Source: Candidatus Saccharimonas sp.
Lineage (GTDB): Bacteria > Patescibacteriota > Saccharimonadia > Saccharimonadales > Saccharimonadaceae
DNA length: 32,000 nucleotides
Direction of reading: 5' to 3'
Assembly (NCBI GenBank): GCA_015256915.3
Contig: CP076101.2
Coordinates: forward strand, 60,001-92,000
The notes beneath the pieces are model-generated. The model was given only the letters and a program-made list of their open reading frames with translations. It was not told the origin of the DNA and searched no databases. Each line of letters opens with the position of its first letter. Position 1 is the first letter of the stretch. Shown one piece after another: positions 26,290-32,000 of the stretch. The position numbers and the translations under genes are program-made.

Positions 26290-26805
26290 ATGAAAGAACA
26301 AATTTTTAAAGGTCAAAGAGAAGGCGAAGAATTTCTCTTTATGTTTCGAAAGCATATCATTGCAATGCGAAAGGGTTTTTACCTTTTTTTGGGCGTTTTT
26401 GCGATTTCTTGTTTGCCAACATTTTTTATGCTAACATCAGATAGTCTAATGGATGCGCTCTGGATTGCTTTTGGTGGATTTATTGTTGGTTTAATTTTAT
26501 TTTTTTATCAATTCATGCTTTGGTATTATTCTCTTTATATTGTTTCGAATGAGCGGATTCGCCAGATTACACAAAAAGGCTTTTTTGGGCGAAAAATGAT
26601 GGACTTACCGCTTTCGAAAATTCAAAGTGTTAATTTTGAAATCCCAGGTTTTTTTGGTGAAATTTTCCATTTTGGAACAATCAATATTTTTACAATTGTG
26701 GGTGATTTAGAAATTAAAAATGTTGAACATCCAGAAGAGATTTATAATAAAATTCAAGATGCGATTTCGAAAGTTGAAATGGAGGGAGAAAATGAAGAAT
26801 ATTAG
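26290..26805 (+). CDS. membrane protein with bacterial PH (bPH_2/DUF304-like) domain
   Basis: Two TM helices, then YSLYIVSNERIRQITQKGFFGRKMMDLPLSKIQSVNFE, which resembles the YdbS/YdbT bPH domain. Confidence 0.5.
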   Translation: MKEQIFKGQREGEEFLFMFRKHIIAMRKGFYLFLGVFAISCLPTFFMLTSDSLMDALWIAFGGFIVGLILFFYQFMLWYYSLYIVSNERIRQITQKGFFGRKMMDLPLSKIQSVNFEIPGFFGEIFHFGTINIFTIVGDLEIKNVEHPEEIYNKIQDAISKVEMEGENEEY

Positions 26806-27841
26806 AGAGAAAGCTAAAAAAATTAGAGATAAGGTTTCAAAAAAACCTGAATCTCACGAAAGCCAGATTGCAAAAATTACAAATACGACACTTGAAGAAC
26901 AGCGTCGTGAGATTTTAAATAAGGGTAAAAAATTTAAATATCCTGTGCAGTATAGCAAAAATCGTTTAGTGATTAACGCCTTAATTATTGCTGGTGTAAT
27001 ACTGATTACGGGTGCGAGCTTGCTTTGGTATCAGCTTTATCAAGCTCAAAATACCAGTGAGTTTGTTTATCGTTTTACGACTATATTTCCATTTCCAGTT
27101 GCAAAAGTTGATGGTGAGAAAGCACTTTATAGTGATTATTTAATGGAATATCGGGCAAATATGCAAATTGCAAATGCCAAAAAAGATGAAATTGAAGGAG
27201 CGAATAATATAAGCGCACTTTCAACTCTAAATAAATCAAAAGCAATGAAAAATGCAATCGCAAATGCTTATGCCCAAAAGAAGGCTCGTGAACTTGGAAT
27301 TTCAGTTTCAGATAAAGAAATTAGCGAAGCTTTTGATGCACAGCGAAAAATACAAAATACCGAGCTTACTGAAAGCGCTTTATATAAGATTGCGGCTGAT
27401 AATTATAGTCTTTCGCCAAGTGAATATCGCCGAATGTTCATTGAGTTGCCACTACTTCGCCGAAAAGTGACTGCACAAATTGACAAAACGGCTGAAAGCC
27501 TTAAAAATGATGTTTCAAAATATTTAAGTGAAAATGCAAATAATTTTTCGAAGGCTGTTGAACATTTTGGCGATAAAATTGAATACGCAAAACCCGGAAA
27601 AGTTCGAAAAACTAACATTGATGGTGGTCGTTCTAAAATTGCGGCAGGATTAAAAGTTGGTGAAGTTTCGGAACCATTTATTTCAAACTCGGGTGATGGC
27701 TATTACATAGTTAAATTGATTGAAAAAACTGATAATGAAGTTAGTTATGAATCGATAAAAATTAAATTTACCGAGTTTAATAAACAACTTGAGCAGCTCG
27801 AAAAAGACGGTAAGATTCAAAAATATATTAAAGTTGACTAA
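26792..27841 (+). CDS. membrane-anchored SurA-N/PpiC (parvulin)-like chaperone candidate
   Basis: Start moved to ATG 26792 (SD GGAGGGAG). One TM. C-terminal GEVSEPFISNSGDGYYIVKLIEK resembles a parvulin-type segment. Weak recognition. Confidence 0.45.
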   Translation: MKNIREKAKKIRDKVSKKPESHESQIAKITNTTLEEQRREILNKGKKFKYPVQYSKNRLVINALIIAGVILITGASLLWYQLYQAQNTSEFVYRFTTIFPFPVAKVDGEKALYSDYLMEYRANMQIANAKKDEIEGANNISALSTLNKSKAMKNAIANAYAQKKARELGISVSDKEISEAFDAQRKIQNTELTESALYKIAADNYSLSPSEYRRMFIELPLLRRKVTAQIDKTAESLKNDVSKYLSENANNFSKAVEHFGDKIEYAKPGKVRKTNIDGGRSKIAAGLKVGEVSEPFISNSGDGYYIVKLIEKTDNEVSYESIKIKFTEFNKQLEQLEKDGKIQKYIKVD

Positions 27842-27848
27842 ATAAATT

Positions 27849-27877
27849 GCACAGCAAAAGTTGTGCTTTTTATTTTT
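27849..27877 (+). terminator. rho-independent terminator
   Basis: GCACAGC-aaaa-GTTGTGC (one G-U pair) followed by TTTTTATTTTT. Confidence 0.65.
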
Positions 27878-27890
27878 GTCTTAATAGGTT

Positions 27891-27921
27891 AAATAAAATA
27901 AAAAATCGCCCGAAAGCGATT
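27891..27921 (-). terminator. terminator for the - strand tRNA-Asp
   Basis: On the - strand, AATCGC-tttcgg-GCGATT followed by TTTTTTATTTTATTT. Confidence 0.6.
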
Positions 27922-27936
27922 CTTTAAAGTCTAAAT

Positions 27937-28014
27937 TTGGCGCGCCCGACCGGATTCGAACCGGCGATCTCCTCCGTGACAGGGAGGCGTACTAGGCCAA
28001 CTATACCACGAGCG
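27937..28014 (-). tRNA. tRNA-Asp (anticodon GUC), CCA encoded
   Basis: The reverse complement folds as acceptor GCGCTCG/CGGGCGC, anticodon stem CCTCC/GGAGG with loop cTGTCac, T arm GCCGG-TTCGAAT-CCGGT. Confidence 0.85.
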
Positions 28015-28032
28015 CATCAGTAGACTAATACA

Positions 28033-28041
28033 ATTTTATCA
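28033..28041 (-). promoter_or_regulatory. extended -10 promoter TGATAAAAT upstream of tRNA-Asp
   Basis: The reverse complement of 28033-28041 matches, 18 nt before the tRNA 5' end. Confidence 0.45.
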
Positions 28042-28093
28042 GACTCCCAGCAAAAAATCAAGCACTTTTTTGGTTTATTTTTCAAAAAGTTTG

Positions 28094-28102
28094 TGGTATA
28101 AT
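28094..28102 (+). promoter_or_regulatory. extended -10 promoter TGGTATAAT upstream of tRNA-Thr
   Basis: Sequence match, 10 nt before the tRNA 5' end. Confidence 0.55.
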
Positions 28103-28112
28103 TTAAGTATGT

Positions 28113-28188
28113 GCCGATGTAGCTCAGTTGGTAGAGCAACGCACTCGTAACGCGTAGGTCAGCAGTTCAATCCTGCTCATCGGCTCCA
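28113..28188 (+). tRNA. tRNA-Thr (anticodon CGU), CCA encoded
   Basis: Acceptor GCCGATG/CATCGGC, D arm GCTC..GAGC, anticodon loop cTCGTaa (A31-C39 mismatch), T arm AGCAG-TTCAATC-CTGCT. Confidence 0.85.
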
Positions 28189-28200
28189 ATTTATTTTTTT

Positions 28201-28572
28201 ATGAAAACAATAGTTAATTTATTTAAACCAATTCTAAAAGACCGTAAAATGTTAATTTTGATGGCTTCTGTATTCATGTCTGGAATTATTTTCTTTATTT
28301 TTATGATTTTGAATACAAAATCATATGACTATCTTTTGAACGTGCGTTATACAGTTTTTGGAGCTAGTGAGTTTTATAAAGATTCCTGGACTTATCGTGT
28401 TGTTTTGGCTATTTTTGGTCTAATTATTTCATTTATTCATAATATTATTATCGCAAAAATTTATAACATTTCTGGTAGGCGTGCGGCTGCAGTTTTTGCA
28501 ATTTTTAGTATTATTCTTGTTCTGGTTGGTATAATAATTATAGGCACTTCAATTCGTGAGATTCCAAACTAA
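28201..28572 (+). CDS. small polytopic membrane protein (3-4 TM), coupled to the downstream glycosyltransferase
   Basis: 123-aa hydrophobic ORF. TAATG overlap with the next gene. Confidence 0.5.
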   Translation: MKTIVNLFKPILKDRKMLILMASVFMSGIIFFIFMILNTKSYDYLLNVRYTVFGASEFYKDSWTYRVVLAIFGLIISFIHNIIIAKIYNISGRRAAAVFAIFSIILVLVGIIIIGTSIREIPN

Positions 28573-30260
28573 TGAGCAAGAAAGTTGATATTGAAATTCC
28601 ACTTGGAAAGCGAACTTTTAAATATCGCTTTTTCGAAATTCTGCCAGCTTTTTTGAGTTTTGGTGCAATTATTTTAATGTTTATACTTTCGGCTTTTTCT
28701 CCTTTTTTGGCATCTCTTTATCTTTTAACGATTATCACAACTCTTCTTGTTAAGGCAATTGGAATTGCCTATCGAATGATAACGGGTCATCTTCAGATTG
28801 AAAAAGCTCAAAAAGTTGATTGGAATAAACGTCTAAATGAGCTTGAGAATGCTGAAAAATCTTTAGATATTCTCAAAAATCAGAGAAATAATGAATATGA
28901 GTTTAAAAACCATCTTCAGAATTTGAATGATATTATAGAAAATCCAGCTAGCTTTCCAAAGTCATCAAAGGTGAAAAATGCGGTAATTATTGCAGCTTAT
29001 AATGAGCCTTATGAAGTGATTCAGCCAACTATTCAATCTGTTTTGGCTTCAAATTATGATGCAAAAAACTTGCTAATTTTTTTGGCATATGAAGAGCGGG
29101 GCGGTGAAGAAATTGAAAAAACTGCAATTAGGCTTAAAAAAGAATTTTCGAAAAGCTTTGGTGTTTTTGAAATTGTGAAACACCCAAAAAATCTACCAAA
29201 TGAAGTTGTTGGGAAGGGTGGAAATATTACTTTTGCTGGGCGAGCGCTTCAAAAATATTGTGAAAACAATAAAATTCATTTCGAAAATGTACTCGTTACA
29301 ACGCTTGATAGCGATAATAAGCCGCATAAGGAATATTTTGCTTGCGCAACTTATAGTTTTATTGTTCATGAAGACCGTAAAAGACTTTCGTATCAGCCAG
29401 TTTCGTTATTTTTGAATAATATTTGGGATGTTCCAGCTCCAATGCGTGTGGTCGCAACTGGCAACTCATTCTGGAATATCGTTTCAACAATGCGGCCGCA
29501 TCTTTTACGAAATTTTGCTTCACACTCACAACCTCTTGATGCTTTAGTTGAAATGGATTTTTGGTCAACTCGCACAATCGTTGAAGATGGTCATCAATTT
29601 TGGAGAAGTTATTTTCATTTTGGTAGCGACTATTATGTGGTGCCGATTCGTGTACCAATTTACCAAGATGCGGTTCTAAGTGAAACTTTACCAAAAACGC
29701 TCAAGGCACAGTTTATTCAGCTTCGTCGCTGGATGTACGGAGCAAGCGATATACCATATGTTGCTAATTTATACTTTTCGAAAACTCGCAATGTGCCAAT
29801 TGTTGATGGCTTAATGAAACTTATTCGCTTGATCGATGGTCATGTAACAGCTGTTTTTCAATCACCAATGGCTGCCTTTGGCGGTTGGGTACCACTGATT
29901 GTTTATGCTGCTTCTTCTCGTAGCGTGATTGTGCATCAATTACCAAATGTGATTAGTACACTTCAGCAAGTTGCAACTGTGGGGATTTTTATCACAATCT
30001 TGATTAGCTTAAAAATGCTACCGCCACGCCCAGAACGCTATAGAAAACGCCGTTCTTTATGGATGGTTGCGCAGTGGGTTTATATGCCTGTAACTTCAAT
30101 ATGTTATAACGCAGCAGCAGCAGCATATTCACAAACTCGTTTAGCATTCGGTAAATATCTTGATAAATTTGATGTTACTGAAAAAGGGCGAATTGAAGAT
30201 GTTGAACGTGCGAAGGCTGAAAGAGCTAAAAGACGAGCTTTAAAGAAGCAAAAAAAATAA
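28572..30260 (+). CDS. integral-membrane family-2 glycosyltransferase, processive synthase type (cellulose/chitin/PNAG-synthase-like)
   Basis: Motifs IIAAYNEPYEV, TTLDSDN, VEDGHQFW and QLRRW (QxxRW), flanked by N- and C-terminal TM helices. Confidence 0.75.
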   Translation: MSKKVDIEIPLGKRTFKYRFFEILPAFLSFGAIILMFILSAFSPFLASLYLLTIITTLLVKAIGIAYRMITGHLQIEKAQKVDWNKRLNELENAEKSLDILKNQRNNEYEFKNHLQNLNDIIENPASFPKSSKVKNAVIIAAYNEPYEVIQPTIQSVLASNYDAKNLLIFLAYEERGGEEIEKTAIRLKKEFSKSFGVFEIVKHPKNLPNEVVGKGGNITFAGRALQKYCENNKIHFENVLVTTLDSDNKPHKEYFACATYSFIVHEDRKRLSYQPVSLFLNNIWDVPAPMRVVATGNSFWNIVSTMRPHLLRNFASHSQPLDALVEMDFWSTRTIVEDGHQFWRSYFHFGSDYYVVPIRVPIYQDAVLSETLPKTLKAQFIQLRRWMYGASDIPYVANLYFSKTRNVPIVDGLMKLIRLIDGHVTAVFQSPMAAFGGWVPLIVYAASSRSVIVHQLPNVISTLQQVATVGIFITILISLKMLPPRPERYRKRRSLWMVAQWVYMPVTSICYNAAAAAYSQTRLAFGKYLDKFDVTEKGRIEDVERAKAERAKRRALKKQKK

Positions 30261-30261
30261 G

Positions 30262-30288
30262 TACTCTGAAAAGGGTATTTTATTTTTT
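30262..30288 (+). terminator. rho-independent terminator after the GT2 gene
   Basis: TACTCT-gaaa-AGGGTA (one G-U pair, GNRA-type loop) followed by TTTTATTTTTT. Confidence 0.6.
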
Positions 30289-30479
30289 GGCTTAATATTC
30301 ATGAAATTTAAAAGCGGCCAATTTGACCGCCTGATGTAGGAGCATTTGTAAGATTTTCTTAAACCTTACCAAAAAATCGTTTGTCGTTTGGGTGACAAAA
30401 GGGAATGTGCCAATATGAATGTAACAGAGGATTACTAGAAAAACTTTCATTTTTTATAGTTTTTTATTTGCCCAAACCT

Positions 30480-30519
30480 GATTAGACTTTTTCCGAAGTC
30501 TAATCTCGTTTTTTATTTT
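30480..30519 (+). terminator. strong rho-independent terminator with no ORF upstream of it
   Basis: GATTAGACTT (30480-30489) pairs with AAGTCTAATC (30496-30505), 10 bp, followed by TCGTTTTTTATTTT. Confidence 0.75.
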
Positions 30520-30588
30520 ACAGCGTTTTATTTAAAAAAGCAAGCATAATTACGATATTGAGTGTCTTTTTTTTGAAAGTTAAAAATT

Positions 30589-30665
30589 TTGTTCGCTTTT
30601 TAATAAAATTGAGTTTTTGAAAATAAAACATTTCACACGAAAGTCAAACTCAAAAAAGCGAACAA
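30589..30665. repeat. imperfect inverted repeat
   Basis: TTGTTCGCTTTTT..TGAGTTT (30589-30617) against AAACTCAAAAAAGCGAACAA (30646-30665). Read directly. Confidence 0.7.
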
Positions 30666-30840
30666 CCCAAAATAAATATCTCACCAAATGAATAAAAATT
30701 TTCGAAAGCTAAAAACCAGCTTGTGGAAAAGCTTTGATGGAATGTGTAAAACTAAAAACACCATAACGCTATATGTAGTTAAGAAAAAAAGAACAAAAGT
30801 TGTAAAATCTATTGAGTTTTTTGCAAAGAAGTTGGTTTTT

Positions 30841-30849
30841 TGATATAAT
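30841..30849 (+). promoter_or_regulatory. extended -10 promoter TGATATAAT, about 210 nt upstream of the methyltransferase start
   Basis: Same consensus as the other promoters in the window. Confidence 0.55.
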
Positions 30850-30853
30850 GATA

Positions 30854-31059
30854 GTGTTCTAAAATATTATAAATATAAAGCAGACTTTCGAAAAAGTTAT
30901 TTTTTGCGTATTTGAGCCTTAGATAGGGCACTCTACGCGAATCATATTTTGTTGGCTCAATTGGGTCTGCTATAAATATTTTAGAACACTTCGCAAGGAG
31001 TGTCCTATTTTATTTATAGTAAAAATGAAAATCCTTTTTCGAAAAAGAAAGGATTTTTC
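30854..31059 (+). promoter_or_regulatory. long structured 5' leader or cis-regulatory RNA candidate
   Basis: 15-bp perfect helix 30854-30868/30975-30989, extended by 30880-30885/30965-30970. Inner helix 30912-30918/30954-30960. Interleaved helix 30923-30941/30990-31008. Hairpin 31028-31037/31048-31057 covers the SD-like AAAGGA. Confidence 0.5.
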
Positions 31060-32000
31060 GTGGCGAATAAAAATCTCACACGAGCAAAAAAGGTCAAAAA
31101 TGATGAATTTTATACACAATACGATGATATTGAGAAGGAGTGTGAAAGGTATCGTGACCAATTTTATGGCAAAATAATTTACTGTAATTGCGACGACCCT
31201 GAAAATAGTAATTTCTTCTTATATTTTGCGAATAATTTTAAGTTTTTTGGCTTAAAGAAACTTATAACCACTCATTATGATTCTGAAAGGCCAACTTATA
31301 AACTGGAACTAACAGAAGAAATGATTGAAGACGGCGCCGTAACTGCTGAATGTGCCAAGAAAACTCTGCTCAAGGGTAACGGAGATTTTCGCAATCAAGA
31401 GAGTATTAAATTATTAAAAGAAGCCGATATAATCATAACTAATCCACCGTTTTCACTTTTTAGAGAATATATCGCTCAATTGATTAAGTATGGAAAGCAA
31501 TTTTTAATTATGGGAAATAATAACTCAATCACCTATAAAGAGATTTTTAAATTAATAAAAGAAAACAAAATTTGGCTTGGTTATGATGTTAATAAAACTA
31601 TGGAGTTTGCTTTAAGTGATAGTTATGAGAAATGGAGTCGTATAGAAAATGGTGTAAAGTATGGAAAAGTTCCTGCAATATCTTGGTTTACGAATCTTGA
31701 AACAGATAAACGCCATCAGGAGTTGATTTTATATAAAAAATATACCGCTGAAGAATTTCCGAAATATGATAATTATGACGCAATTGAAGTTTCGAAAGTT
31801 GTTGATATTCCGCAAGATTATGACGGTGTTATGGGTGTACCAATTACTTTTCTTGATAAATTCAATCCAGATCAATTTGAATTAATAGGCTCTAATCGTT
31901 GGGTTGGTCAAGACGAAGACGGAGTGTATGGTAGAAGTTCGTATTTGAATGGAAAAGAAACTTTTAAAAGGCTATTTATAAAGAATAAGAAAGTGAGTAA
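31060..32000 (+). CDS. N6-adenine DNA methyltransferase, EcoRI-methylase-like family (3' end beyond window)
   Basis: Hand translation is open from GTG 31060 to the window end (313 codons, no stop). N-terminal RAKKVKNDEFYTQYDDIEKE and YCNCDDPENSNFF. Catalytic DIIITNPPF (motif IV). VMGVPITFLDKFNPDQFEL. Absent from the ORF track because it has no in-window stop. Confidence 0.75.
   Translation, partial: MANKNLTRAKKVKNDEFYTQYDDIEKECERYRDQFYGKIIYCNCDDPENSNFFLYFANNFKFFGLKKLITTHYDSERPTYKLELTEEMIEDGAVTAECAKKTLLKGNGDFRNQESIKLLKEADIIITNPPFSLFREYIAQLIKYGKQFLIMGNNNSITYKEIFKLIKENKIWLGYDVNKTMEFALSDSYEKWSRIENGVKYGKVPAISWFTNLETDKRHQELILYKKYTAEEFPKYDNYDAIEVSKVVDIPQDYDGVMGVPITFLDKFNPDQFELIGSNRWVGQDEDGVYGRSSYLNGKETFKRLFIKNKKVS

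Noticed and set aside
27954-27959. TTCGAA copy inside tRNA-Asp
   Set aside because: It is part of the conserved T-loop (GGTTCGAAT on the - strand), so it does not count as evidence for the motif enrichment.
30520-30840. Chromosomal replication origin (AT-rich, DnaA-box-like TGTGGAAAA)
   Set aside because: There is only one near-consensus box, no dnaA/dnaN neighbourhood and no box cluster. I kept it only as a low-confidence mobile-element or operator idea.
30854-30989. MITE-like element with 15-bp terminal inverted repeats
   Set aside because: No target-site duplication flanks it (GATA on the left, TTCG on the right) and no second copy is in the window. The left arm coincides exactly with the predicted transcript 5' end, so an RNA structure is the simpler reading. 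This is not fully excluded.
30854-31059. Known riboswitch class (SAM-I/II, SAH, preQ1, c-di-GMP) in the methyltransferase leader
   Set aside because: I could not find any of the conserved core sequences that I remember for these classes. It needs an Infernal scan, so I left it as an unclassified structured leader.
28189-31059. Genomic island integrated at tRNA-Thr with a direct repeat of the tRNA 3' end
   Set aside because: I found no repeat of the tRNA-Thr 3' segment (TTCAATCCTGCTCATCGGC) downstream in the window, and no integrase is adjacent.
30970-31161. 63-aa ORF on the - strand overlapping the methyltransferase start
   Set aside because: It is antisense to a well-supported ORF and leader. 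The product is a hydrophobic Ile/Phe-rich string with no start context.
1-32000. CRISPR arrays, rRNA genes, transposases or prophage genes
   Set aside because: No regularly spaced repeats, no rRNA-like segments and no transposase or phage-structural ORFs were seen in any frame.

Overview
Compact, AT-rich bacterial chromosomal segment (roughly 35-40% GC by eye). It is more than 90% coding, almost all on the + strand, and many genes are joined by 1-nt TAATG/TGATG overlaps. All calls rest on motif recognition in the translations; I ran no homology search, fold calculation or k-mer program, so all counts are hand counts.

Gene content, in order:
- Housekeeping block: truB (partial), orn, dnaG-rpoD, mutM, holA-like, ftsK, rpsF-ssb-rpsR, efp, tlyA-like, ychF (- strand).
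- A complete, secretin-less type IV pilus locus: pilM, pilN, a pilO-like gene, a small TM protein, pilB, pilT, pilC, pilD and three pilin-like genes.
- A XerC/D-type recombinase (- strand), ndk, and three tRNAs (Arg-CCU, Asp-GUC on the - strand, Thr-CGU).
- A bPH2-like membrane protein, a SurA/PpiC-like protein, and a small membrane protein coupled to a processive-type GT2 synthase.
- An unusual ORF-free, highly structured region of about 0.8 kb, leading into an N6-adenine DNA methyltransferase ORF. That ORF runs off the window and is missing from the supplied ORF track.

This architecture fits a small-genome Patescibacteria/CPR (Saccharibacteria-like) organism, but that is inference only.

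Strongest signals:
1. The palindrome TTCGAA, mostly as TTTCGAAA, is massively over-represented in all three codon phases and in intergenic hairpins. It is depleted in a few codon-atypical genes.
2. Extended -10 promoters (TGnTAWAAT) sit 6-11 nt from start codons, implying many leaderless mRNAs. Two tRNAs are each followed 12 nt later by an ATG.
3. A roughly 205-nt leader with interleaved long helices and an SD-sequestering hairpin lies in front of the methyltransferase.
4. DnaG has lost all four zinc ligands, and EF-P carries Arg32 at the loop tip.
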